This document shows positions 9,833-21,037 of a stretch of 64,000 nucleotides of DNA, one piece after another. The notes below the pieces were generated by a model, which was given only the letters and a program-made list of their open reading frames with translations, did no database searches and was not told the DNA's origin. Position numbers and translations under genes: made by a program. Every line of letters starts with the position of its first letter. The stretch's first letter is position 1. The stretch is taken from positions 1 through 64,000 of the forward strand of contig CAVYXJ010000020.1 of the NCBI GenBank assembly GCA_963772455.1, written 5' to 3'. The DNA comes from Candidatus Bathyarchaeota archaeon. GTDB taxonomy: Archaea > Thermoproteota > Bathyarchaeia > Bathyarchaeales > Bathycorpusculaceae.

Positions 9833-11466
9833 GATTGATTTGACCGCTCAAACCAAGTAAAAAGCTTGTTGAGGTTATTTAATTGGTCTTTAAAGATTCC
9901 TCTGACATCATTAATAGTTGCTTCTAAATTATCCTCAGGATTAATTTTCTCTATACTAGCACGGACCTCTTCAACGTTTACTTTGAAGTCAGTTTCGTTA
10001 GCCAAAGTTTCCAAGGCAGTTTCGAGTTGAATATTCTCATTCTTGTATTCAATATCGCCAACCAACTTGCCAAGCATAGTATCGTTTAATGTATAATACG
10101 CTAAAATTATTGCCTTAGCACTTTGGAAATTTAGAACACTGCCTTTTATATCATCATCAATATTTAAAGAACTAAAATACTCAAAAATCTTTTTAAGAAT
10201 ACTGTAGGCTTCCTTAGAAGTATTTAGAGCATCCAGACTGTTAATCGCTGAAGAGATCTTTAGAAAGTCCAAATTTAAATCAGGCATTGTTTGCAACGCA
10301 AAATTTGAGTTAGGTCCAAAACCTCCAGAATATTTTTCTAACTGTATCCAATTGACCCGCTTCTCTCGCAGACCAATCAGAGTATCAAAAGACAATTCAA
10401 TAAGCCCAATTGAACCCACAACTACCTCTAGCAGTTCCTTTTGCCTTAAATCTGCTTTTCCGTCGGACCAAATAGATTTTGATTTCTCCTCAAATAGCCC
10501 ATATATAATTTTGAATGTTGCAGTTATTGTCTTACCTTCTGGGGAAGCTTCTATTTTTTGTATCAAAGTGGGTTTACCAGTGGATTCTGCAATTATACAA
10601 GCTGCTGCACTAACCATTGGGCATCCAATTATGTTGACACTCTTTAGATCATATTGACTGTATAGATTTCTATAAAGAGAATCATTAATTTGCAGCGTAA
10701 CTATGTTTTCGATTGTAGTCATTTTAATTTCTTTAGCTAAATCAAGATCGCCAAGCAAGAATGGCAGAGTATCGTCAAGTTCGTTTGGAGGAATTTTAGT
10801 TAAATCTATATTACGTTTTTGTTCAATTTTATCCAATAAGCCAATTCCTGGAGATGTTATAAGAAGACCTTTTGGGTTTTCAATTAGAAATTTATCTCTC
10901 GCGATGCTTATTAGAAGCTCCTTAGCGTTTTCAAAAAGCGCTCTTTCTTCAGAACTGACTTTATTATTATCAGGAAAAACCATTTCAGCTGCTCGCGCCG
11001 GAATAAATGTTACTGTTTCTCTTAATCCTTTAAGGTGCTCCGGCAAATAGACGTTTCGAGGAACAGAAGGAATGTTATATGCCTCATTTCTAGGATTTAG
11101 ATCCTTTAGCATCCTATCAATTGTCATATAATTAGGCAAAGTTGAAGTTATCAAGTAACTACCTTCGACATATTTCAAGGGGGTTATAAATAAAAAAAGA
11201 CCACCCCAGAAAGTTAAGCCCAACCCGATTAGGGATAACACTTGTGAGTTTAAAAAAACCGAAATAACAAGTAGACCAATGCCTGACGTAATAAACGAAA
11301 TGGCTAAGGACGAATCACGTTTCATATTTTTAAAGTCAATGCGCATTTTCGTTCCTTTGCCTTGTGAATTTGTTAATAGCTCAATCCAAGATATTCTTTG
11401 TGCGTATAAAAGCATTCCTTTTAGAAGGAAGTCACTTAACCTAAAATTCAACCTCGATTTATTCAA
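9829..11466 (-). CDS. Conserved hypothetical membrane-anchored protein (2 N-terminal TMs, V4R-like GCPxxSA segment, helical C-terminal domain); true start probably near 11343
   Basis: 545-aa ORF; TMs SFITSGIGLLVISVFL and LSLIGLGLTFWGGLFLFI; GCPMVSAAACIIAESTGKP. Confidence 0.7.
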   Translation of the reverse strand: MNKSRLNFRLSDFLLKGMLLYAQRISWIELLTNSQGKGTKMRIDFKNMKRDSSLAISFITSGIGLLVISVFLNSQVLSLIGLGLTFWGGLFLFITPLKYVEGSYLITSTLPNYMTIDRMLKDLNPRNEAYNIPSVPRNVYLPEHLKGLRETVTFIPARAAEMVFPDNNKVSSEERALFENAKELLISIARDKFLIENPKGLLITSPGIGLLDKIEQKRNIDLTKIPPNELDDTLPFLLGDLDLAKEIKMTTIENIVTLQINDSLYRNLYSQYDLKSVNIIGCPMVSAAACIIAESTGKPTLIQKIEASPEGKTITATFKIIYGLFEEKSKSIWSDGKADLRQKELLEVVVGSIGLIELSFDTLIGLREKRVNWIQLEKYSGGFGPNSNFALQTMPDLNLDFLKISSAINSLDALNTSKEAYSILKKIFEYFSSLNIDDDIKGSVLNFQSAKAIILAYYTLNDTMLGKLVGDIEYKNENIQLETALETLANETDFKVNVEEVRASIEKINPEDNLEATINDVRGIFKDQLNNLNKLFTWFERSNQS

Positions 11467-11474
11467 GAAATAGT

Positions 11475-12113
11475 CTAATTAATGATGGATTTTGCATTTT
11501 GTTCACGAAATAGCGCAAGAGTAGCAAAACCAACTACAAAAAACAATAAGCTAAAAGTATATTGAACCGAACCTGTGCCAAAGGGAGTATAGTACAATAT
11601 CAAACCAACTATAGAAGCAAGAGCCAAGCTCATTCCAACACTCAAAACCACCCGTTCGATTGCATCCAAGCTTTCTGAAGAAGTCCCTATTGGAACTTTA
11701 ACGGGAAACAACGCTTTCACGAATGCAAATCCAGGTAAAAACAAAACAAATACAACACCAAGAAGATTGCGAAAGTAAACTAAAGGATACAAATCTTGCG
11801 GAATTGTAAAAGCAGTTATGGCAGTTACTATTGTTAATGCTATTATAGTCCAATACCATGCTGATTCAGATTTAAAAAAATAATTTTTACCCGAAACTAA
11901 AGGAACCTTTTCCCGTTTTACATTAAATTCAATTTTTCCTTCAACTTCCAACTGATTAATTAAATTCATAACATCTTCCGAAAGATCCGTCTTTTTGCGA
12001 ACAAGACTTATAAGTTGACTTTTCGTTTCCGGTTGGTCATCTTTTGCAGTCTTCAAAATTACGTCTTTTATTAACTCTTTGAGCTTTTGATTTTCGGACA
12101 ATTCAAAACGCAC
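11475..12113 (-). CDS. DUF1616-family protein, membrane (N-terminal) half, with a winged-helix-like N-terminal extension
   Basis: RNLLGVVFVLFLPGFAFVKALFP...ERVVLSVGMSLALASIVGLILYYTPFG matches the DUF1616 TM signature. Confidence 0.8.
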   Translation of the reverse strand: MRFELSENQKLKELIKDVILKTAKDDQPETKSQLISLVRKKTDLSEDVMNLINQLEVEGKIEFNVKREKVPLVSGKNYFFKSESAWYWTIIALTIVTAITAFTIPQDLYPLVYFRNLLGVVFVLFLPGFAFVKALFPVKVPIGTSSESLDAIERVVLSVGMSLALASIVGLILYYTPFGTGSVQYTFSLLFFVVGFATLALFREQNAKSIIN

Positions 12114-12244
12114 GCTCTTAATTCTTGCTGCAGCCTTGTGACTTTATTAATACAAGTTTACCCACTGTTATTAAAAGCATTATTCTGCAATCAAAAAAGA
12201 GGTCTTGGAGAATGGCACAATATCGCGAGAAATAAATAAGTAAC

Positions 12245-13894
12245 ATGAATACATACATCTACCAGATGTTAATTAAGAGATCTTGCTTTTCCCCACGAAA
12301 ATTTCGCATATCCAAAAACATAGTTATCAGTTTAATCCTAATTGTAATATTTTCTTTACTATTGGTCAAGATCCCAATGGCTAACAGTGTTGATAGCTCA
12401 ATTAATGAATGGCCTATGTTCCGCAACAACCTGCAACACACAGGATATACATCTTCAACAGCTCCAAATTCAAATGCTTCCCTTTGGAGTTATGCAACTG
12501 GCAGTGCAATATCATCGTCTCCAGCTGTTGTTGATGGCAAAGTATACGTTGGATCTAATGATTCCAAGCTTTACTGCATGAATGCAAGTACTGGCGCATT
12601 CTTATGGAGTTACCTAACTGGAGGCAACGTTTGGTCATGTCCTGCTGTTTCGGATGGCAGAGTATTCGTAGGGTCAAACGATGGTAACGTATATTGCTTA
12701 AATGCCTCAACAGGAACTTTCATTTGGAGCTACCCAACTGGCGACTATGTCGGTCCTTCTCCTGCAGTCTTAGAAGGCAAAGTCTACGTAGGCTCAAAGT
12801 CAGGCAACGTTTATTGTCTGAACGCTTCAACTGGAACAAACATCTGGACCTATACAACAGGGGTTTGGGTCCACAGCTCCCCCGCAGTTGCCGACGGCAA
12901 AGTCTACATAGGATGCGGAGACAACAACCTTTATTGTTTGAATGCCACCTCGGGAACAAAAATATGGAATTACCAAACATCCGGTTCGATATTCTCTTCC
13001 CCTACAGTTGACAACAATAAAGTCTACGTTGGATCCTGGGACCACAACATTTACTGCATAGACGCTACAACTGGAGCAAAAATTTGGAGTTATACAATAG
13101 ACAACTCGATCAGCTCTTCTCCAGCTGTGGCCAATGGCAAGGTCTTCATTGGAGCTGGTGACTACTTTGGACCAACCATTGTCAACAAGATCTATTGTTT
13201 AGATGTCGATGGAAAATCTCAATGGAATTATACAACAATTGATGTAATTGCGTCTTCTCCAGCTATTGCCGATGGCAAAGTGTACGTAGGATCAAGAGAC
13301 CACAATTTTTACTGTTTAGATGTCTTAACTGGCGAAAAGATATGGAGTTATTTGACGAATAATTTGGTTGATTCCTCTCCCGCTATAGCCCTTGGCAATA
13401 TATACGTAGGATCAGATGATGGTAATATCTACTGTTTTGGCTTGCTTCCATCACCTACGCCAACACCTACCCCAACACCCACTGAAACACCAATACCTCC
13501 AACAATTACTCCGACTCCAACAACAACACCCACTGAATCACCAACGCCAACTCCAACAGCAACTCCTTCTCCAACACCCACACCAACGCCAACCCCAAGT
13601 CCCACACCAACGACTCCGCCAACTCCTACACCCACAACCGTTCCTTCACCTACACAGAGCCCCATCCCAACCTCAATACAAACAACTCCACCAACTTCCA
13701 CACCTACAACTCAACCAACCTCCCTACAACCAGAGAATAATCCAATCTCATCCAATACCTATTTAGCTGGTGCAATCGCCGCAATAATAATCGTAATTAC
13801 CTCTATAGTCGCTATTAGTTTTAACAAAAGTAGAAAAAGAAAGTTTTCAAGATTACCAATTAAAAATCAGAAAAACTTAAGAAACTTAAAGTAA
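12245..13894 (+). CDS. PQQ-like beta-propeller repeat surface protein with Pro/Thr stalk and C-terminal TM anchor
   Basis: WPMFRNNLQHTG followed by 8 repeats of W.Y.TG..V.SSPAV.DGKVYVGS.D..LYCLNA.TG; PT linker; TM plus KSRKRK. Confidence 0.92.
   Translation: MNTYIYQMLIKRSCFSPRKFRISKNIVISLILIVIFSLLLVKIPMANSVDSSINEWPMFRNNLQHTGYTSSTAPNSNASLWSYATGSAISSSPAVVDGKVYVGSNDSKLYCMNASTGAFLWSYLTGGNVWSCPAVSDGRVFVGSNDGNVYCLNASTGTFIWSYPTGDYVGPSPAVLEGKVYVGSKSGNVYCLNASTGTNIWTYTTGVWVHSSPAVADGKVYIGCGDNNLYCLNATSGTKIWNYQTSGSIFSSPTVDNNKVYVGSWDHNIYCIDATTGAKIWSYTIDNSISSSPAVANGKVFIGAGDYFGPTIVNKIYCLDVDGKSQWNYTTIDVIASSPAIADGKVYVGSRDHNFYCLDVLTGEKIWSYLTNNLVDSSPAIALGNIYVGSDDGNIYCFGLLPSPTPTPTPTPTETPIPPTITPTPTTTPTESPTPTPTATPSPTPTPTPTPSPTPTTPPTPTPTTVPSPTQSPIPTSIQTTPPTSTPTTQPTSLQPENNPISSNTYLAGAIAAIIIVITSIVAISFNKSRKRKFSRLPIKNQKNLRNLK
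13524..13578. repeat. 55-bp perfect inverted repeat, copy 2 (partner 8826-8880)
   Basis: Direct comparison; encodes [18 protein letters not shown] in both genes. Confidence 0.9.
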
Positions 13895-14239
13895 AAACCA
13901 AATTGAACATATTATGATTAGAGACAAAGTCGCTTTCACACATGAAATTATTTCTATAATAAAAATAAGTGCCTAATTTGAAAAAAGTAAATAAAATATA
14001 AGTTTAAAATTGAAATAAATATTTCTGAGCTTGGCAACTTTTACCATGTTAAAATTAAAAAATCCAAGTTACTCTGAAAGAATTACAGTTTTTTCTGGCA
14101 ATACTTTCAAGTTTTAATAGGTCTTCTCACTATTTGAATACTGGAGAAGCATATAGTCTTGTTCCATGAAAGGCAGTTTAAATAATTCAATAAGAGGCTG
14201 AGTTACATTCGGTTATTTAATTTCTTAATTATTGCTTGC

Positions 14240-14990
14240 TTGGTTAGTTTGCTAGGTTTTGTTCCGCTTGCCAATGCTTCTAACGCCAACATGGTGAGTG
14301 TTAATGATGGTTTATGGTGGAGTGACAGTGACAGTAACAATGCTCCATTGCGAAATATGCAAATAAGTTACAAGGTTAACTTTATGGGTGAGCCTTCTTG
14401 GGAAGTTCCTTTATCATACGCTATTGATTAGCGGTGTTGACAGAGGGATGTTTGATGTCTTTCCCGGTGACCATATAGTTTGGAGTTGCTGGATTAAGAC
14501 TTCTGAGCCAACTGTTGTTGGCGATAATTATTTGGCTGGTGGTCGCATCGGAATTGATTTGTACGGTGATAATGGTGCGTCTTTTGGTATCGGCGACCCT
14601 AAGGGTTTAGGTGTTACCGAAGATATCGCTAATACCTATGTTGTTTTTGGTACTGATGATTGGACTAAGGTGACTATTGATTTTATTGTTGATGATAGTT
14701 ACAGGTCCAATCAGGTGACTAATGGTCAAGGTTTGGGTACCTTGTTTGTACCTACAGGCTGTTGTATTTGGATTCAGACTTGGAGTTGCCAATATTATGC
14801 TTCCGAATATGGAACCGCATGGTTTGCTCATCCAGAGTTATATATCAATCATTCCTACAATAGCCAAATAGATAGCTCAGGAATTAGTGCTTTTACAGCT
14901 GTTGCATTTTTGTCTGCAACGATTTTGATCTTAAAAAAACAATTGATGGAAAACCCTTTTATAAAAAGAGTAATATGTCCAATTAAATAA
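14240..14990 (+). CDS. Secreted protein with uncharacterised CBM-like domain ('domain X') and hydrophobic C-terminus; frameshift near 14425, start uncertain
   Basis: ORFs 14240-14431 and 14388-14990. PGDHIVWSCWIKTS, GGRIGIDLYG, GTAWFAHPELYIN align with the C-termini of the 38622 and 45757 proteins. Confidence 0.72.
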
Positions 14991-15268
14991 CAATTGTAAA
15001 GAATGCTTGGAAAAATTCGATTTTAAACGCAAAAACTGCGCTTTTTATTTGTTTAAGAATAATAATATTTGAAAAATTCGTTTAATAAATAATCTAAATA
15101 CCTCCGTTTCTGGTAACTCTGAATACATAGAGGATTTATGCATTGTTTGGAGACAAAATTTAAGCTCACTTATTTGTGATTATAATCCATCTTATCTCTA
15201 TCCTTTTTAGGAATCACGTAAAGTTGAACCTTGCAATTGTATTTAATATCTCGAGAGTCTTGCAATCT

Positions 15269-16693
15269 TTATTTTCTATTTTTCTTTATGGCTATAACTG
15301 CACATACTGATATGAATAATATTGTTGAAATGTAAGGACTTGCTGTCAACAATAACTCGCTAAATGGAAGGTAGGCACCATTGTTGATTGCTTTTGGATT
15401 TGATGAGGGTGAATCGGGAATTAAACTTGAGGATGCGTTTACTATGGGAGTAGATTGTGGTTGTGTAGTTGGAAATGGGGAAGGAGTTGGTTGATATGGT
15501 TTTGTAGTTGGAGACGGTGTAAAAGTTGGAATAGGATTATTTGTGAACGAAGAAGACTGGGTTGGAATGGATATGGGTGAAAGATTTTCTGTTGTTGGGT
15601 CATTGGAATTAAGAGTGTCAATTGGAGTTGGCTCAAGGGAGGGAAGAGGAGTTGGAGTAGATTCAGATGTAGGAAGAGGAGTTGGTGATGGATCAGCTAC
15701 GCTTTGCAATGAGACTGGCCCGAAAACAAACGAATTCTTTGAATCATTCAACCAAGTTGAATTATACACCAAATATGTTGAAGCAGTGACCATTTTGCTA
15801 TTCATATTAAAACTGTAAATCCTTGCTGAGGCAGCTCCTACGCGAGCTCCTGTACTATTAGTTACTTCCTGCATGTCCCAGAAAATCTGAGTTCTGTTTC
15901 CAACCTGGTTACGGGAAGCAAAAGCCAAACCGTGATCATGTCCATTAAGAGTAAGAAACACATTCGGATATTGGTTGAGAGTATTCACAAAATTATTTTC
16001 CCAAACGCCACTCCCACCGTTGTTATTGTATCCGCCAGAGCTATTTAGTAAACAATGGACTCCAACAATTATATTATAATCAGAATGTGTTGTTATTAGT
16101 TTGTTCATCCAAGAAATTGCACTTGAATTTGCAAAATATTCCATATCAATTATAAGAAACTTGTAATTGCCATAAGAGAATTGAACAGCAGTCTCTTTAC
16201 CATTAAATAAATCACTCACCCAATAAGGTTTAGACCTCATAACTGCAGGATTAAACGCAGCAAAGTTGTTTCCCAACCAACTCGCATTTGGATTTTCCTG
16301 AGGAAACTGATCATGGTTTCCAGCAGTCCATAAATAAGGAACACCATTATTTAGAAGCGTACTTATCGACCTATTCGCATTTTGCCAATTGGCTAAAGAA
16401 TTAGCATAATCAACAATGTCACCTGTATGAATAACCATCGAAACATTATAGGTTACAACATTAGAAGCAATCCACTTTGTCAAATTATCAAACAACTGAG
16501 GATACATATCCGCTAAATGCTGAGTATCAGTAATTTGAATTATAGAAAAAGACGTGTTTTGCACGCCAACAGAAGAAACAGGTTCTGCGTTAACTTCAGA
16601 ATTGAATTGAAACGCAATCACGCTTAGACACAGCAAAATCAGCAAAGCTATAGTTTGAACCATAAACTTTGATTTCGTGCGTAGTTTTTCCAT
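15269..16693 (-). CDS. Secreted calcineurin-like metallophosphoesterase with Pro/Thr/Ser stalk and C-terminal TM
   Basis: Signal peptide; ITDTQH, HTGDIVD, AGNHD, GVH, NGHDH; TM plus KKNRK. Confidence 0.9.
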   Translation of the reverse strand: MEKLRTKSKFMVQTIALLILLCLSVIAFQFNSEVNAEPVSSVGVQNTSFSIIQITDTQHLADMYPQLFDNLTKWIASNVVTYNVSMVIHTGDIVDYANSLANWQNANRSISTLLNNGVPYLWTAGNHDQFPQENPNASWLGNNFAAFNPAVMRSKPYWVSDLFNGKETAVQFSYGNYKFLIIDMEYFANSSAISWMNKLITTHSDYNIIVGVHCLLNSSGGYNNNGGSGVWENNFVNTLNQYPNVFLTLNGHDHGLAFASRNQVGNRTQIFWDMQEVTNSTGARVGAASARIYSFNMNSKMVTASTYLVYNSTWLNDSKNSFVFGPVSLQSVADPSPTPLPTSESTPTPLPSLEPTPIDTLNSNDPTTENLSPISIPTQSSSFTNNPIPTFTPSPTTKPYQPTPSPFPTTQPQSTPIVNASSSLIPDSPSSNPKAINNGAYLPFSELLLTASPYISTILFISVCAVIAIKKNRK

Positions 16694-16899
16694 GAATAAC
16701 CTGCCTTTTAGGAATACTTATGGCGTTTGCTTTTAACATAATTTCGATTTCGCACCTTATTAAGACAACGTCAAACGAAGTTAGTGCATCCTCTACTTTG
16801 ATCTGAGCAGTATATCAGTGTTATTAGTCAATCAATCTACAGTTTTTTCAAAATTGATCAAAAACAATGTATTATCAATTTTTTTCTTTCTTCAAAAGG

Positions 16900-18004
16900 T
16901 TAACTGTAATGTTGATTATTCTTTCTAATGAAGACAATTTCTAAATCAGGATAGAGGGGTAAGCACAAGATTCTGTTCGAAATATCAAAAGCTCTCTTTA
17001 GATCGTACTTCTCGACGAGATTTAGACCTTCTTCAATAAAATATGATGCATTCACAGTTAGAGGGTAAAAATACTTTCTCGACATAATTCCGTTTTTAAA
17101 TAACTCCAAATACAAGTGGTCTCTTGTTTTCATGTCTTCAAAACAAATCGGCATGTAACTGTAATTGTACTTAGACGCAATTACTCTTTTGGAAATTAAT
17201 ATTCTCGATTTCACCTAAGTCTTCCTTGTACTTTTCGTAGATTTCTTTTCTTTTTTCAATTTTTGCCTCAATGTCTTCAAGATTACAGAGACCCATTGCA
17301 GCTTGGAATTCGTTCATCTTAGCATTCGTTCCGGCCAATAGAACTTCTTCCTCGGATTTTATGCCATGATTTCTCAGCAACTTTACTTTCGCATAGACAT
17401 TCATGATCTCTAGCAGAAATAGCTCCACCCTCGATAGTGTTAAAGATTTTTGTAGCATGAAAACTTAACGTGGACATGTCGCCGTATTTCACAATCGGAT
17501 TGATTTTTGATATTCTGTTCCAAAGGCATGTGCGGCGTCGTAGATTAGTTTTATGTGGTGTCTATCTGCGATTTCTTGAAGTTCTTCGACATAGCAGGGG
17601 TTGCCATACGTGTGAACAGCAAGTATTGCACTGGTTCTCTTGGTTATTTTCTTTTCTACATCAGCTGGGTCAATATTGAAGGTTTCTGCATCAATATCGG
17701 CAAAGACTGGTGTTAGTCCCTCCCACACTATGACATTTGTAGTGGCTGCAAATGTGAATGGAGTTGTTATGACTTCACCCTTAATGTCTAGAGCTTTTAA
17801 AGCAATATGAAGAGCTTGAGTACCATTGGAAAGCAAGACAAGATTCTCAGAACTTAAATATTCTTTCAACTTTTCTTCCAATAGTAGAACGAATTCTCCC
17901 TCGTTTGTCAACCATCTTGTTTGCCAAATTCTTTCCAGATATTTCACATATTTTGCTAAATCGGGAAGAACTGGTTTAGTTACCGTTATCTTGTCTTCCA
18001 TCAC
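16900..18004 (-). pseudogene. DegT/DnrJ/EryC1/StrS sugar aminotransferase (VioA-like); split in 3 ORFs (indel errors or decay)
   Basis: TNEGEFV, NGTQAL, TTPFTFAAT, IYDAAHAFG, SFHATK in the bridging frame, GTNAKMNEFQAAMGL, RKYFYP, LCLPLYPDL. Confidence 0.85.
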
Positions 18005-18025
18005 TTTTCCCTGCTATATGAATCG

Positions 18026-19024
18026 CTATAGTTCCTTCGCTTCATTACTAATAAAGCCCTTTAACTTCATCTCTTCGATTTTATTGTTTTCTACAACTAA
18101 TTCTTTCAAATATCTCAGAATAGTCATTTCCTTTATGGTGTATTCTGGATTTCGTATGTCGTTAAAAATATAGTCGCAAATCATTTTCGGCTCATTAAAC
18201 CCCGCTAAAGCACGACAACCAGTTGTTCCAGAACAACGAGCATTTAACTCGAAAATGTAAGGAATATTTTCTCTAATTCTTAATTGAATATTACAAGCCC
18301 CAAATGGCCTCAAAGCATTGATGACATTTTTAAGGAAAGTTGTTAGTTCTTCATTTCTTACAACAAACGCCTTCACGGTATCTCCGTTTCGAAGTTCACG
18401 TTTCATAATTATTGCACCAATACAACCGTCGTCCAAAGTGACTGTTCCGCAAGTATACTCCTCTCCTTCTATGAACTCTTGAACCACATAGTTGTTGAAG
18501 TCTAAATTCTTAGTTATAGCCTTAAATTGCTTATTGCTACAAATTTTATACTCACCTATCGAACGATGACCTCCTTTTTGAGGTTTTAATACAAGTGGAA
18601 ATCCAAGTTCATCGTCATATTCCTTCAATCTAAAAGTCTTGGGTAAGGAAAACCATTCTTCTTCAAAAACTCGCAAGTCCTCAGCTTATCGTCACAGATC
18701 TCAATTATCTCTGGATCACTCACTATAGGAATTATATTCGAATCTTTAAGCTTAGCAATATTATTTGAAAGAGGCGCCAGCTCAATGTCTAACCCTGGAA
18801 AAAGCACTGTGCATTTTTCCTTATTGCAAATTTGAATCAGCCTATCCACAAATCGCGGGTCTGTAGCGTTCAATCCAAGGTAGGATCTTTTAGTCGCGTA
18901 TAATCCTGCTGCCAATACATGCTGTTAATTCCCACAGGTTATAATCTGTTTTTTGCAGAGCCTTAAGAATACTCTGCCCAACGCCGCCACCAACTGCTGT
19001 GACTGCAACGTTATTGATTTTCAA
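18026..19024 (-). pseudogene. ATP-grasp domain protein (carbamoyl-phosphate-synthase-like, polysaccharide-cluster type); 2 frameshifts
   Basis: TTG start MKINNVAVTAVGGGVGQSILKAL; ICDDKLRTCEFL; FPLVLKP; VVQEFIEGEEYT; FELNARCSGT. Confidence 0.82.
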
Positions 19025-19609
19025 AGAATAGCCTCCAATTTTACGAACTCAAAGTTGTCTCCATTTATTAAAACAAAACCTCTTTCAGAATCCTCCCCTT
19101 CCTTTCGCAATGGATCCAGGATTAACAATAACTCCTCTTTTCAAACTTGAAGTAGACCTGTTCGTGAGTATGTCCAAAAAAAACATATTTAATGTCTTTT
19201 GACAAATTGGCAGTAATTGCATGAAAATCGCTCTTCTGTTCTCAAGTAGTTGGTCTCCAATTGAATGTGTAATGTACATATCTTGATACCGAATTTCTTT
19301 TGGTAAGGCAAGAAAGTGCCTTCTTCTGTTCTAAACTTAACTTATCCCTAGATTTAATATAGATTCTTTCACGAGCAGGATGCTACTTTTCCAGATTTTC
19401 ATTTGTTATTGCCAATCTTTCGTGGTTGCCTGAGAACAACAAGATCAATATTTTTCAGATACGTAGTCGAAGCAATAATCAATGTCTTTTCCGTAACCCA
19501 AGAAATCTCCACAACAAATACTAAGATCGACTTTTTCAAGAGTAGGAATTATATCTTCCAAAGCTCTCCTGCTCGCATGCAAATCAGAGAAAATAAGGAT
19601 ACTTTGCAT
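19021..19609 (-). pseudogene. Metallophosphoesterase (YfcE-like); multiple frameshifts
   Basis: Manual translation: MQSILIFSDLHAS...CCGDFLGYG...GNHE...ITHS...IVNPGSI. Confidence 0.75.
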
Positions 19610-19639
19610 TCTGTACCCTTCACAGATCCTATATCTAAA

Positions 19640-20942
19640 CTAAGTCCTTTGGTCAATCAATAACTCAATCATGCTGCAATCAAATGTAGGTATACCGAGT
19701 CTTTCAAAAACAGATTTCCGCTCGCTAAAACTGTCATCGATAAAAATTGATCCATGAGGATTCTATGAAATCTGCTTTTGTTTCGTTTTTTCGCAAACAG
19801 ATAGTCTCATCAAAGATGTTTCCGAGTCTAAATTGTTTTAGTATAGATTGAATGCTGCCCTTTCGGATGGTTTTCGTTATTAAGATTATTTTGCAGCCTT
19901 TGTTTAGACTTTGATACAAAAACTGGATAAGTTGAGGATTAGTTTTATTGTCTATTACTAAAGTATCATCTAAATCCACATACACTTTGTTATACTTCAA
20001 GGTTGTGCTTGTACCTGTTTTCTAAAGCCCGGTCAATTTGCACATTGTAATTGTTAGGCATTATCACGATATCGGTACCCTCATTCTCATAAATGCTTAA
20101 TAAGGCAAAGTTGACCCCTATCGCCCTGTGGGTAGCCATCGTTCCGCTAATTCTGGGAGCAATTTCCATTAAGCTTCAAAGTACCTGTATTGTCAATTTT
20201 CATTTGAAAAAACCATGCACCATGAAACTCCAATTCATTGGAAATTATCTCAGCAATTTTCCGGAATATTTGAGAAGTTTTATCATCGACAGGTTTGCTG
20301 TTCATGGATATCCCTGCCTTAATACGAATTCTTTCCCGACCGCCGCAAAAGAGTAAACCTTTTCTTCTGTCAGTAAAACAATCAATAGTGTACTCCTTTC
20401 CAGGCAAGATACTCTGAAATGATTAAGTTTGGATTGTCTTTGAGCAATACTTTAAGGGTTTCAAGATTTTCCACTTTGGAAGCATATTGTGAACCTTGCC
20501 CAATATCTGGTTTAACAAAAACAGGAAACGCTAACTACCTCCGATGGTTTGCTTAAAGATTCTGGGTACGGGAAGCAAATCTTTGAACTTTTCGTAAGTT
20601 CTAGATTTTGATCTACAAACAACACAGGTGGATAATGGGGAAGAGACAATTTGGGCTGGGATTTTGTTTGCATTTTCAGCTAAGGCTAAAATTACATCGT
20701 CATGCGCTGGAAATACATAGTCTATATGGTTGTTTTTCTATTACAGAAATTAGGGTCTCAAGCCAGTTTTGTTGGTGAACATCTGGAATAATGAAATTCT
20801 CTTGAAAAACATAAGGCGCATGATTGGAAACATCACTCTCCCCTGAGAAAAGCGATATTTCTTTGCAGTACCTCAATGATTTCCATATTTCCAAGCCTAT
20901 TTCTGTTCCACCCGGAAATACGAGTACTCTTTTTTTCTTCAC
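19640..20942 (-). pseudogene. ATP-grasp protein with C-terminal HAD-like domain; multiple frameshifts
   Basis: VLVFPGGTEIGLEI; FPVFVKPDIGQGS; PGKEYTIDCFTD; GAWFFQMK; EIAPRISGT; C-terminal VYVDLDDTL and FIDDSFSER. Confidence 0.82.
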
Positions 20943-21037
20943 TCTAAAGACTCAACCTTAATTCCAATTTACTAAAATCGCAGACTCATTTATTGTTTGG
21001 GTTACCCTGGTCTAAAATTGAGTTTTAACTCGAATAA

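Noticed and set aside
12480-13440. ~120-bp periodicity resembling a CRISPR array
   Set aside because: Degenerate coding repeats of beta-propeller blades; no constant repeat/unique spacer structure and no cas genes.
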